This document shows positions 47,610 to 56,803 of a stretch of 64,000 bases of DNA, piece by piece. Origin of the DNA: Flavobacteriales bacterium (lineage in GTDB: Bacteria; Bacteroidota; Bacteroidia; Flavobacteriales_F; PHOS-HE28); assembly GCA_016788635.1 (NCBI GenBank), contig JAEUSU010000004.1, positions 37,018-101,017 on the forward strand. The letters are read 5' to 3'. Below the pieces are notes generated by a model. It ran no database searches. It was not told the origin of the DNA and saw only the letters and a list, made by a program, of their open reading frames with translations. How positions within the stretch are numbered: position 1 is the stretch's first letter; each line of letters begins with the position of its first letter. The translations under genes were made by a program, and so were the position numbers.

Positions 47610-48707
47610 ATGACGACCCCACGCATGGCCCGCTTCCATACCCTCGAGGTTGCCGATGTCACTCCAGAAACGAAGGATGCGATCTCCGTGGGGCTGAAGG
47701 TCCCACCCGCCCTGCGCGAGGAGTTCAAGTTCATCCACGGCCAGTACCTGACACTGAAGTTGAAGGTGAAAGGGGAGGAGCTGCGCCGCAGCTACAGCAT
47801 CTGCAGCAGCCCATTCGAGCCGGAAGTGATCCGCATTGCGGTGAAGCAGGTGCCCGGCGGCCGGGCCAGCACGTTCCTGGTGGAGCATCTCAAACCGGGA
47901 GACCGGCTGGAGGTGATGACGCCCATGGGGAATTTCTACACCCTATGTGACCCCAGTCACGAACGGCACTATGTGGCTTTCGCGGCTGGCAGCGGCATCA
48001 CGCCCATCCTCAGCATTCTGATGACCGTGCTTCGAAGCGAGCCCAAGAGCCGTTTTACGCTGTTCTATGGCAATACGGACACGGACCGCATCATCTTCCG
48101 CAGCAAGCTGGAGGAGTTAAAGGTGCACTATGGTGGCCGGCTGGATGTGATGCACATCCTGAGCCGGGGGAAGGATGAGGACATGCTCTTTAACGGAAGG
48201 ATCACTGCGGAAAAGGCGGTGGAGCTGGTCAAACGCTTCGTGTCCGACCGGAATGACAATGAGTACTTCATCTGTGGCCCGGAACAGATGATGGTGAACG
48301 TGAGCGAAGCTTTGGAGAACCTTGGGGTGGGGAAGAAGCGGATCCATGTGGAACTCTTCACTTCACCGGTGACCAGCGCCGCCCCCAAAGCGGAACAGAC
48401 CACCTCTGCGAACGGCTTCAGTGGCCTTTCCAACGTGATGGTGATCTTGGACGGCCGTGAGTTCGAAATGCAGGTTCCGGGTAAAGGAGATGCCATCCTG
48501 GATGCGGCCATCGAAGCCGGCCTGGACGTGCCTTTCGCCTGCAAGGGGGCGGTGTGCTGCACCTGCAAGGCCCGCATTACCGAGGGCAAGGTGGAGATGG
48601 CCATGAACTATGCCCTGACCGATGAGGAGGTGGCCGATGGCTACGTGCTCACCTGCCAGGCCCACCCACGCACGGACCGTGTTGTGGTGGATTACGACCA
48701 GCATTAA
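47610..48707 (+). CDS. paaE: Phenylacetate-CoA oxygenase reductase subunit PaaE (FNR-like + 2Fe-2S ferredoxin)
   Basis: FAD/NAD-binding RSYSICS and GSGITP motifs; C-terminal CKGAVCCTC…C 2Fe-2S cluster; divergent from paaA (alternative start ATG 47625). Confidence 0.88.
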   Translation: MTTPRMARFHTLEVADVTPETKDAISVGLKVPPALREEFKFIHGQYLTLKLKVKGEELRRSYSICSSPFEPEVIRIAVKQVPGGRASTFLVEHLKPGDRLEVMTPMGNFYTLCDPSHERHYVAFAAGSGITPILSILMTVLRSEPKSRFTLFYGNTDTDRIIFRSKLEELKVHYGGRLDVMHILSRGKDEDMLFNGRITAEKAVELVKRFVSDRNDNEYFICGPEQMMVNVSEALENLGVGKKRIHVELFTSPVTSAAPKAEQTTSANGFSGLSNVMVILDGREFEMQVPGKGDAILDAAIEAGLDVPFACKGAVCCTCKARITEGKVEMAMNYALTDEEVADGYVLTCQAHPRTDRVVVDYDQH

Positions 48708-48712
48708 CGGAT

Positions 48713-48745
48713 GAAGGCGGCCCACCGGACCGCCTTCACGAATTT
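48713..48745. terminator. Probable hairpin terminator after paaE
   Basis: GAAGGCGG-cccaccgga-CCGCCTTC stem-loop followed by a T-containing tract (acgaaTTTg); U-tract is weak. Confidence 0.45.
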
Positions 48746-48760
48746 GAATGCCGCAAGGCC

Positions 48761-49273
48761 TCAGGGCCGTGCCTGAACAAGGCTGCCTTGACGGGCGCGG
48801 ATGTGGGTGGCGTAGACCGGGCTGGGCGCGTGCCCGCCGAATTCGGTGCTGTAGCGAATGATGGCGTTGGGGAAATCCTCGAAGAAGGGGTCTCCACCGG
48901 TGAGCGCGTTCTCCGGCTCCAGGTCCACCTGGCAGGGGAAGGCCGGATAACGGCCCACTTCCACAGGTACGTTGGTATCCACCAGGATGAGCTTGCTCTT
49001 GTAACCCGGTTTGCTGATCAGGAGCGCGTATTGGGTGCCCATATCCAGTTCCACTTGGAACCGGCCCTTTTGAATGGCGAAGGACGTGAGCTCGGTATTG
49101 TCCTTGAACACCTTCACCGTGATGTCGGTGGGCTTGGTGCGGCCATTGTCCACTTTCACCCGGCCATCCACGGGCATCACTGGCTTGGCAGGGCCCTTCT
49201 TGCCCTGTGCGCTAACGGTGGCCAGGAGGGCACCGATGAGGCTGAGGAACAGGAATGTGCGACGGAAGTTCAT
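48761..49273 (-). CDS. Secreted hypothetical protein with a carboxypeptidase-regulatory-like (transthyretin-like) beta-sandwich signature
   Basis: Signal peptide MNFRRTFLFLSLIGALLATVSAQ; DGRVKV…VKVF…GRFQVEL…YALLISKPGYKSK pattern. Confidence 0.45.
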   Translation of the reverse strand: MNFRRTFLFLSLIGALLATVSAQGKKGPAKPVMPVDGRVKVDNGRTKPTDITVKVFKDNTELTSFAIQKGRFQVELDMGTQYALLISKPGYKSKLILVDTNVPVEVGRYPAFPCQVDLEPENALTGGDPFFEDFPNAIIRYSTEFGGHAPSPVYATHIRARQGSLVQARP

Positions 49274-49345
49274 GTGCGTAGGCCGGTGACCGGCGGTTTT
49301 GGTTCGGTGCGTTCGTACGGGGATGTGATGACCGGGGTTTCGGTC

Positions 49346-50875
49346 TCAGGAGGCCATGGGCAACTGCGCGGGCTGGCCCACATCGGGCAGCGTCATGGTG
49401 AAGCTGGCCCCACGCCCGGGTGCGCCTTCCGCAATGATGCTTCCCCCGTGTTTGGTGACGATGCGGTGAACGATGGCCAGGCCCACGCCCGTGCCCTCGA
49501 ACTGGTCCGCCCGGTGCAGCCGCTTGAAGACCCCGAAGATGTGACCACCGCGTTCGGCCTCGAAACCCACTCCGTTGTCCGTGACACGAATGACATGGCC
49601 ATCCGGGCTCCTTTCATGTGCGAGCCGGATCTGCGGTCGCTCCACGGTGCGGCTGTACTTCAACGCATTGCTGAGCAGGTTGCTCAACGCCACCTTCAGC
49701 ATGGCTTGATCACCGCTCACCTGTGTGCCAGGCGCGATGTTCAGTTCAACTTGTGCGCGGCGTTCGGCCGGCACCAGTTCCACCACGAGCTCGTTCACCA
49801 GCGTGTTCAGGTCCACCTGCACATGGTTCACCTCCTTGGCGTTGGTCTGGGAGAAGCGCAAGAGGTCGTCCACCAGTTGCAGCATGCGCTGAGAGCCGTT
49901 GTGGATGCGTTGTGCGATGTCCCTGCATTCCTGGATGTCGGTTGCGGTGGAAGCTGCTCCGGCAAGGTGCTCGCTCATGGCGGCGAGTGTCTTCAGCGGC
50001 GAGCGCAGGTCATGCGCCACCGAATAGGAGAAGGAGCCGAGGTCCTCAAGGGCTTCAAGCAGCTGCCTGGTGCGCACTGCCACGCGCCGGTCCAGGTCGG
50101 CGTTCAAGCGCCTCAACTGCAGCTCCTCCTGCTTGCGGTCCGAAATGTCCTTGATGATGGCTTGGTAGAGCCGGCGTCCCTCTCCGTCCACGCCAAGAGG
50201 GTTGGCGGTGAGAAGGCAATCGATGAGGCGGTCGTTGGTGCTTTTCAGTGTCAGGTCCACGTTCACGAAACCGCTTCCGTCGCGTTTGGCGCGTAGGGAG
50301 CGCAACAGCGCGGCGGGGTCCTCAATGCGGGTGCGCATGTCCGTACCGGCCGCCTGACCGGGGGGCAACCCCAGCAGTTTCTCCGCCGCTGCGTTGGCCT
50401 CCACCAGAACACCGCGGTCGGTAACAATGATGATCGGGTCGCCGCTGTTCTCAAATACCTGATGATAGCGCTGCAGCAGCAGCTCGCGCTCGTCGCGCAG
50501 GTTGTACACCTCAAAGGCCTGCTGCACGCGCAGCCGCAGATCGTTCGGATCCCAGGGTTTGGTGGCGTACGCGTAGATGCCGCCCTTGTTCACCGCCTCC
50601 ACCACAGCCTCCAGGTCGGCATAACCGGTAAGGAGCATGCGCATGATGCGCGGGTGGCGCTCGCGCACCTGGGCCAGCAGTTCGGAACCGGTGGTGCCGG
50701 GCATGCGCTGATCGCTGACCAGCACATGGACCGGATGTTGAGCAAGGATGTCGAGCGCTTCCTGGGCGGAAGAGGCCACGTGCACCTCCCATTCGCGGCG
50801 GTAGGTGGCCTTGAAGGCGGTGAGGTTGCCCGCCTCGTCATCGACGTACAGGACCTTGATGCGTTCGGTGCTCAT
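49346..50875 (-). CDS. Hybrid response-regulator receiver + PAS + histidine kinase (HisKA + HATPase_c)
   Basis: REC (VLYVDDE…SDQRMPGTTG…), PAS-like middle, H-box SVAHDLRSPL, N/G boxes (LLSNALKYS, GTGVGLAIV). Start ATG 50875, 5 nt after the stop of the upstream kinase. Confidence 0.85.
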   Translation of the reverse strand: MSTERIKVLYVDDEAGNLTAFKATYRREWEVHVASSAQEALDILAQHPVHVLVSDQRMPGTTGSELLAQVRERHPRIMRMLLTGYADLEAVVEAVNKGGIYAYATKPWDPNDLRLRVQQAFEVYNLRDERELLLQRYHQVFENSGDPIIIVTDRGVLVEANAAAEKLLGLPPGQAAGTDMRTRIEDPAALLRSLRAKRDGSGFVNVDLTLKSTNDRLIDCLLTANPLGVDGEGRRLYQAIIKDISDRKQEELQLRRLNADLDRRVAVRTRQLLEALEDLGSFSYSVAHDLRSPLKTLAAMSEHLAGAASTATDIQECRDIAQRIHNGSQRMLQLVDDLLRFSQTNAKEVNHVQVDLNTLVNELVVELVPAERRAQVELNIAPGTQVSGDQAMLKVALSNLLSNALKYSRTVERPQIRLAHERSPDGHVIRVTDNGVGFEAERGGHIFGVFKRLHRADQFEGTGVGLAIVHRIVTKHGGSIIAEGAPGRGASFTMTLPDVGQPAQLPMAS

Positions 50876-50880
50876 GGTAT

Positions 50881-53028
50881 TCAAGCGCGTTTGCGGGTCA
50901 TTTCAACGGCACGGATGGGCAGGATCAAACGGAACTCCGTGCCTTCGCCGGGCATGCTGTCCACCTCGATGCGGCCTCCGTGCTTTTCCATGATGCTGTA
51001 GGCGATGGAGAGGCCAAGGCCGGTGCCTTCACCCACGTCCTTGGTGGTGAAGAAGGGTTCGAAAATGCGTTGCTTGACATGCTCGGGCATGCCGGGGCCG
51101 TTGTCCTTGATCGCGATCACCGCGTCATCGCCCTGCGTGCAGGTGCGGATCACCACCCTGCCCTCTCCCGGGTTGGAATGGAACCGGGCGGCGACGGCCT
51201 GCACGGCATTGGTGAGCACGTTCATCACCACCTGGTTAAGCTTGCCTGGGTAGCATTCCACTTCGGGAAGGTCCCCGAAATCCAGTTGGATGTCGGCCCT
51301 GTCCCGCAATTGCGAACCCAGCACGGTGAGCGTGCTCCGGATGCCCTCGTGCAGATCGGCGTGCTTCAGGTCATCCTCATCCAAACGGCTGAAGTTGCGC
51401 AGGCCCCGCACGATGGCCGCCGTACGGCTGGCGCCCTCTTCAATGCTGTTCAGCATTTCCTTGATCTCCGCAATGCACACATCCACATCATACTGGCGCT
51501 CCACTTCGGCAATGGCCTTGATCTCCGGGGCGGTCAGCGTGTCCTGCAGGGACCTGTAGCGCAGCATGAGGTCCAGCATGTCCTCCAGGTTCCGGCGCAG
51601 GGGGGGGATGTTGCTGGAGATGAAGTTCACCGGGTTGTTGATCTCGTGGGCGATTCCGGCGGTGAGCTGACCGAGCGAGGCCATCTTCTCGGCGTTGACC
51701 AGTTGCGATTGGGTGCGCTTCAGGTGATCGTTGCTTTCACGCAGTTCAAGTGTGCGCTCGTTCACTTTCTGTTCCAACACCACGTTCTGTTCCCGGATCA
51801 TCTTCTCGTTCAACTGCGAGGCCAGCAGGGCGGCCGCCTGCGATTCCTCCTTCTCCCTGCGAAGGATGTTGATCTTGTCCGCCAGACCGAAGGAGAGCAG
51901 CACCACTTCCACGGCGGAACCCACGGGCATGGTGTATTTGGTGACGTCGTTGAAGGGGAGCAAGCCCCAGTCCTTGAGGACGAACATGGTGATGCCCACC
52001 AGGAACAAGCTCCACGCGATGAGGAAGAAGATGGCCGGACGGAAGCCCTTCCGCATGGTCTGGTACGCGCCCAACAGGATATAGGTGGCGAACGCTGCGG
52101 AGACCACCTGAACGGTCTTGTAGGCCTCAATGGCGAAACCCCCGAACTGAAGTGCCATGCCCAGGGCGAAGAGGACATAGAACAGCATGCGGGTGTTGTC
52201 GAAGCCGGGCAGGTATTGTGACGTTTGGAGAAAACGCCGCATGAACTCGCTGGCCGCGATGGCGGTCATGGCAGTGAACAGCAGCGATGCATGAGGGGCG
52301 AACCACGAGGCGTTCGGCCACAAATGGATGGGTCCGAAGCCGAGGAAGGTGAGCTGGGCCAGACAGACCAGCGCGATGTAAATGACGTACACCAGGTAGC
52401 TGCGATCACGGATCGAGAGGAACACGAAGAGGTTGTACAGCATCATCACCAGCATGATGCCGATGTATCCTCCGGTGAAGAGGTTCCTCATGTGCTGCCC
52501 CTTCACCAAGTGGGCCTTGGTATGCAGGCTCAGCGGAAGCTGCAGTTGTTTGGCACTGCGCACACGCAGGAAGATGCTGGCGCGTCCTCCGGGGGGTATG
52601 GGAATGCCGTAGGAGAGGTCGCCACCGGAGCGTGCCAGCTGATCGGAGGGGCGCTTGAGCCCCGCACTGGCCAGCTTCAGGCGTATGTCCCCGCTGACCA
52701 GGTGGATGTCCAGTTCATCGATCTCGGGGTTGCCCACGAGCAGGTAAAGCATGTCCTCGCGGCTAAGCTGTTCCACATCCAGGCGCACCCAATGCCAATG
52801 GTCGCTAAGGCCCAGGTTGGGCACCCCCTTGGTAACCTGTTCCCAGCCCGGCGCGCGCAGGACATCCTCCAGTTCCATTGCCCCGGTTGGGTCGGTAAGG
52901 ACGGACAGGTGATGACCGAGCGGTCCGCTGTCCGGTTCCCCTCGGTAGGGGTATGCGCTTCCCTGTAGCGCGCTCGCCTGGGCAAGTGCAAGAAGAATGA
53001 ATGAGGCGGTGACGCGCCAGCGCAACAT
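50881..53028 (-). CDS. 7TMR-DISM sensor histidine kinase (periplasmic 7TMR-DISMED2 + 7TM + HisKA + HATPase_c)
   Basis: Signal peptide; extracytoplasmic domain; seven hydrophobic segments (GGYIGIMLVMMLYNLFVF…); H-box AGIAHEINNPVNF; G-box GEGTGLGLSIAYSI. Confidence 0.85.
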   Translation of the reverse strand: MLRWRVTASFILLALAQASALQGSAYPYRGEPDSGPLGHHLSVLTDPTGAMELEDVLRAPGWEQVTKGVPNLGLSDHWHWVRLDVEQLSREDMLYLLVGNPEIDELDIHLVSGDIRLKLASAGLKRPSDQLARSGGDLSYGIPIPPGGRASIFLRVRSAKQLQLPLSLHTKAHLVKGQHMRNLFTGGYIGIMLVMMLYNLFVFLSIRDRSYLVYVIYIALVCLAQLTFLGFGPIHLWPNASWFAPHASLLFTAMTAIAASEFMRRFLQTSQYLPGFDNTRMLFYVLFALGMALQFGGFAIEAYKTVQVVSAAFATYILLGAYQTMRKGFRPAIFFLIAWSLFLVGITMFVLKDWGLLPFNDVTKYTMPVGSAVEVVLLSFGLADKINILRREKEESQAAALLASQLNEKMIREQNVVLEQKVNERTLELRESNDHLKRTQSQLVNAEKMASLGQLTAGIAHEINNPVNFISSNIPPLRRNLEDMLDLMLRYRSLQDTLTAPEIKAIAEVERQYDVDVCIAEIKEMLNSIEEGASRTAAIVRGLRNFSRLDEDDLKHADLHEGIRSTLTVLGSQLRDRADIQLDFGDLPEVECYPGKLNQVVMNVLTNAVQAVAARFHSNPGEGRVVIRTCTQGDDAVIAIKDNGPGMPEHVKQRIFEPFFTTKDVGEGTGLGLSIAYSIMEKHGGRIEVDSMPGEGTEFRLILPIRAVEMTRKRA

Positions 53029-53071
53029 GCCGGCCTTCTACGACCGGCCCACGGGCATGGTTATGGCCTGC

Positions 53072-53830
53072 TCAGGCGCTGAAAAGCTGGTACTGTTCCT
53101 CCACCGGCCGGTAGTCCTCCAGGTCGATCAGGCTGCCGTGGAATTTCATCCGGTAGGTCACCTCCAGGTTGTGCTTGCCAGGCCGCTCCAAGCGTGTCTG
53201 GTCGGGCCTTAGGCGCAGGCTGTATACGAGGTGCCGCTGGTCCTGTGAAGCGTGTTCAAGCATCAGTGTGTCCGGATTCACCATGGCCACTGCGGTGATC
53301 GAGGGAATGGGATAGATGAAGGTCCCTTTCTCGCCCACGGCATCCAGCACCACGAACCCGTTGCGACTGGGGTGTCGTTGGGTATACGTGGCCACCAGGC
53401 ACACCATTCGCTGCGCACCTACCATGACAGATAGCGCCGTGACCGCCTGGCTCAGCAGGACCGGGACGCCGTGCATGGCGTACCGATTCGCGTTCCACAG
53501 GCCGCAAACCTCGCCATTCCCATAGGGCTCGAGCACCTTGAGGTGGTCGTGGATGCTGGGGTCGAGCTTGCGCAGGGCCAGTTCCATGGGAAGGCCCCTT
53601 CCGGGCCTTGCCATCTCTAATCGGATGCCGCCCACCATGCCCAAGGTCTCGTGCAGCGCAACGATCACATAGGTCCCGGGGTCGCGCGTCCATTCATCGT
53701 TGTTGGTGGTCACATTGGATATACCGTAATCCTCGAGCACTTTACGGTGTTCACGAAGGAACTCGCGGCACAATTCAGGTTCGCGTGGGGCTTGGAACGC
53801 CCTGAGGGTGATCCGGTCGGGTCGTTCCAT
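53072..53830 (-). CDS. Uncharacterised 252-aa protein, translationally coupled to the upstream E1-SagB fusion gene; weak resemblance to GNAT-fold / autoinducer-synthase-like N-acyltransferases
   Basis: No signal peptide. Spacing of conserved blocks (…YVIVALHETLGMVGGIRL…, …GEVCGLWNANRYAMHG…) is loosely like the LuxI/FeeM fold; this is an inference only. Its start lies 4 nt after the stop of the 776-aa gene. Confidence 0.45.
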   Translation of the reverse strand: MERPDRITLRAFQAPREPELCREFLREHRKVLEDYGISNVTTNNDEWTRDPGTYVIVALHETLGMVGGIRLEMARPGRGLPMELALRKLDPSIHDHLKVLEPYGNGEVCGLWNANRYAMHGVPVLLSQAVTALSVMVGAQRMVCLVATYTQRHPSRNGFVVLDAVGEKGTFIYPIPSITAVAMVNPDTLMLEHASQDQRHLVYSLRLRPDQTRLERPGKHNLEVTYRMKFHGSLIDLEDYRPVEEQYQLFSA

Positions 53831-53833
53831 GGG

Positions 53834-56164
53834 TCAGGCGTGAAGGGGTTGGGGCTTGTACACCATATCCTGAAGGGGACGGCGCAGGGCACGGGCGCTG
53901 GGAGGCCCAGCCTGGCTGAGCCGCATCATGAACAAGGGCCTGCCGGGCCGGGTGGAGAGCAGGTGGTCAAAGCGGACCTTCAGGCGCTCCATTTCGAGCA
54001 TGAGCTGCGGCTCCAGATCAGCCACCCAGGGAATGGCATGGAATAGAAAGATCGGTGCGCTGATGGGGTGAACAGCCCAGCCCAGGCGGTTGGCTTCCAT
54101 CCATGCGCGTTGGGCGGCGCGCCCCCCCTGAAGCCGCTGGGCAAGGGAGTCTCCAGCGCCGCAGACCAGCATGACCGCCGCACTGTTCACGATGCCGGAA
54201 TGTGCGAATCGTTCCAAGCCGCGTCCTGCGTCCCAATCGCGCAGCAGGGCCATGGCACGCGCGTCAGACCCCATGCGCAGGGCGGCCGCTGCGGTGGGGG
54301 ATACCTCCATGGTGGCCAGGTCCAGGCCATCCGCGGTACGCGCGGCTTCCTCCGGGGTCCAGCGCACCTCGGCGGCAAAAAACTCGTGATGTCCCACCGG
54401 GTCCAGTACGCGCACACGCTCGGCCCCACCACAGATACCCGCCAACTCGTTCAGGTCGGCTTGGGAAGTAAACATGTGAAGGTGGCAATCCGGCACGGCC
54501 TGCACTGCGCGGTGCAATGCCTCGACCATGTCGGCGGGTAGCGGCGTGCGCGTGGCGACCTTGCGGTTGGTGCAGCGTTGTGTGATCCAGTCTGCCAGCG
54601 GATCAACAGCCGGTGGTTGGCCGGTGGCAGAAGGGACCAGCAGGGCCGTAAGCGCAGGACGGTCGGGCAGGGGATGGTGAACGATGTCCAACGCTACCCC
54701 CATCGCACCCGCTCTCAGGCGCATGTTCTCCAATGCGGTGCCCAAGGCGATCTGCGCGATCAGGTGGTCCGGGTCCCAACGGGAAGCCGAACGGGCCGCA
54801 TCATGGAAGAGCAGCAGCAAGCCCTCGTGCAGCATGAAACGCCAGGGCTGCATGTTGCCTGCGGAAGGGGCCAGCGCGCCGGCTTCGAAAATGCGCATGG
54901 CCTGGGCCGTGTCCAAGTGCGGGTAAGCTTTATGGTGCGCGGTGGCCTCTTGCGCACAGCGTTCCATGAACTCGGTCGTGAGCGGAGGAACGGATCGGTG
55001 TTCTACGGATTTGACCGCCACTTGCTCTTCGCCGAAGTGGTCGTTCAGGTCCACATACCAGCGGCCTGAGGTGCGGAATTGATCCAGGGCGATCCTCCGG
55101 CACACCTCGGCCACCAAGGCGCCGCCCAACATGACCGCACTCCCCAACTGAGGCCATGTGCTTACCGATCGTCCCAATTCAAGCACCGATGCTTTGAGTC
55201 GCGGGCTCAGTGTGTCCGTGCCTACGATGGGCACCATGTAAGGCACCTTTTCCTCACTGGTCATTTTCCGGCCCGCAGCGGCCAGGTCCAGGTGGTCTAT
55301 CCAGCCGTGCAGGATGGGGCGTCCCGGCTCCAGGTCGAAACGCTCCACGTCCACGCACCCGCGATCGCTCATGTCCATCACCACGGGGATGCGCATGGCC
55401 TTGGCCTTCTGCCGCGCGAGGATCTTGATGTCCACACTGTCGCACTCCTCCACCAGCAGGTCAAGCGGACCACCTTCCTCAAAGAACTGGTCCAGGTTGT
55501 GCTGGGTGATGCCTTCCGTGAAGCAGGTCACCTGCAAGTAGGGGTCCAATTCAGCGATCTGCCGCGCACAACTGATGGCTTTGTTCAAACCCAGCTCATG
55601 CACCCCGCCCGCAAGCCGGTTCAGGTTGCTGAGGTCAAGTCCATCGAAGTCAGCAAGGCGCAATTCGGCGAAGCCGCGTTCCAAGGCCAGGGTGATGGCC
55701 GCAGACCGCCCTACCGACAGCCCAATGATGCCGATCCGTAGTTGCCCCAGGCGTTCCTGCTCGGCGCGCGTGATCTTGTTCCTGTTGCGGTCGGTGCGCA
55801 CCCTGGCGAATTCCTCTTCATCGAGGAGATGCACCAACACATTGCGCCAGGGATAATGCACCCATGTGCCGTAGTCCTCCATGGGAACGCCGGCCAGATG
55901 CCGCTGCACCTCCTGGTCCAATTCGGCGGCGGAGAACGTGCGGTCGGGCCGCAGGGAGCGGATCAATTCCTTCAACTGATCATCCAGCGTATCCAGCTGG
56001 GTGATCCCGCGTGCCCTGAGCACGTGCAACGCCTCGCGGTCCGCTTCCAAGCGCGGGCGAAGGATCAGGGGGCGGTGGCCGGTGGTGTTGTTGGGTGGCG
56101 GGTGGAGCGGTCCGCCGGTGGGTCGGGTCATTGTGGGTGCCCCGAATATCATGCAGTTGAGCAA
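53834..56164 (-). CDS. Fusion protein: N-terminal E1-like/ThiF-type adenylyltransferase-fold domain + C-terminal SagB/McbC-type (nitroreductase superfamily, FMN) dehydrogenase domain (Rv1355c-like architecture)
   Basis: ThiF-like region with IGIIGLSVGRS (degenerate Gly-rich loop) and the E1 hallmark LRLADFDGLDLSNLNR; C-terminal nitroreductase-like blocks (SAGNMQPWRF…, …AGICGGAERVRV…). 776 aa; exact start uncertain. Confidence 0.75.
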   Translation of the reverse strand: MLNCMIFGAPTMTRPTGGPLHPPPNNTTGHRPLILRPRLEADREALHVLRARGITQLDTLDDQLKELIRSLRPDRTFSAAELDQEVQRHLAGVPMEDYGTWVHYPWRNVLVHLLDEEEFARVRTDRNRNKITRAEQERLGQLRIGIIGLSVGRSAAITLALERGFAELRLADFDGLDLSNLNRLAGGVHELGLNKAISCARQIAELDPYLQVTCFTEGITQHNLDQFFEEGGPLDLLVEECDSVDIKILARQKAKAMRIPVVMDMSDRGCVDVERFDLEPGRPILHGWIDHLDLAAAGRKMTSEEKVPYMVPIVGTDTLSPRLKASVLELGRSVSTWPQLGSAVMLGGALVAEVCRRIALDQFRTSGRWYVDLNDHFGEEQVAVKSVEHRSVPPLTTEFMERCAQEATAHHKAYPHLDTAQAMRIFEAGALAPSAGNMQPWRFMLHEGLLLLFHDAARSASRWDPDHLIAQIALGTALENMRLRAGAMGVALDIVHHPLPDRPALTALLVPSATGQPPAVDPLADWITQRCTNRKVATRTPLPADMVEALHRAVQAVPDCHLHMFTSQADLNELAGICGGAERVRVLDPVGHHEFFAAEVRWTPEEAARTADGLDLATMEVSPTAAAALRMGSDARAMALLRDWDAGRGLERFAHSGIVNSAAVMLVCGAGDSLAQRLQGGRAAQRAWMEANRLGWAVHPISAPIFLFHAIPWVADLEPQLMLEMERLKVRFDHLLSTRPGRPLFMMRLSQAGPPSARALRRPLQDMVYKPQPLHA

Positions 56165-56266
56165 TACCGGTCAAGTTCCCTGCGCGGTCTTTTGTTAACA
56201 GTCGGCGGCACGAAACCCCAACCATTCGTCCGCGTATGAGGCCGGTAACGCCGCTTTGGCGAACCC

Positions 56267-56752
56267 ATGCACACCATGCTCAGCGCCCCCCGCAACCTGT
56301 TGCCTTGCGTGCTTTTCGTGGACGACGAGCCCACGAACCGCATGACCTTTCGCGCAGCATTCCGACGCCAGTTCCGTGTGTTGCTAGCCGGCACACCCGA
56401 AGAGGCGTTCGATCATTTGAACTCCAGCGAGGTGGATGTGGTGATCAGCGACCAGCGCATGCCCGGCACGGTCGGCAGCGAGTTCCTGGCCCAGGTGAGG
56501 CAGCGCTTCCCCAAGGTGCGCCGCATGTTGGTCACCGCCTACAGTGACCTCCAGGCCTTGGTGGATGCGGTGAACAGGGCCGGTGTCTCACAATACATCC
56601 AGAAGCCCTGGGACGCGGGCCAGCTGGCAGAGGCTGTTCGCCAGGCGCACCAGGACCGTGTTCGCGAAGTGGAGCAGGATGCCCAGGTGACCTACCTGGC
56701 CGAGTTGAACCAGCAGCTTGAGTTCGCCTTGCGGCAGCGCCTGCTTTCCTGA
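56267..56752 (+). CDS. Stand-alone response-regulator receiver (CheY-like) protein
   Basis: VLFVDDE…DVVISDQRMPGTVGSEFL…YIQKPW; paralogous to the REC domain of the hybrid kinase at 49346-50875. Confidence 0.8.
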   Translation: MHTMLSAPRNLLPCVLFVDDEPTNRMTFRAAFRRQFRVLLAGTPEEAFDHLNSSEVDVVISDQRMPGTVGSEFLAQVRQRFPKVRRMLVTAYSDLQALVDAVNRAGVSQYIQKPWDAGQLAEAVRQAHQDRVREVEQDAQVTYLAELNQQLEFALRQRLLS

Positions 56753-56803
56753 TCTTTTTGAGGTTGGCCGCGCGGATCACCCGCTGGCCGGATATTTGCC
56801 CGC

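Noticed and set aside
48788-52221. Long + strand ORFs (502 and 413 aa) antisense to the two histidine kinase genes
   Set aside because: H-, N- and G-box kinase motifs and REC and 7TMR-DISM domains are all on the minus strand.
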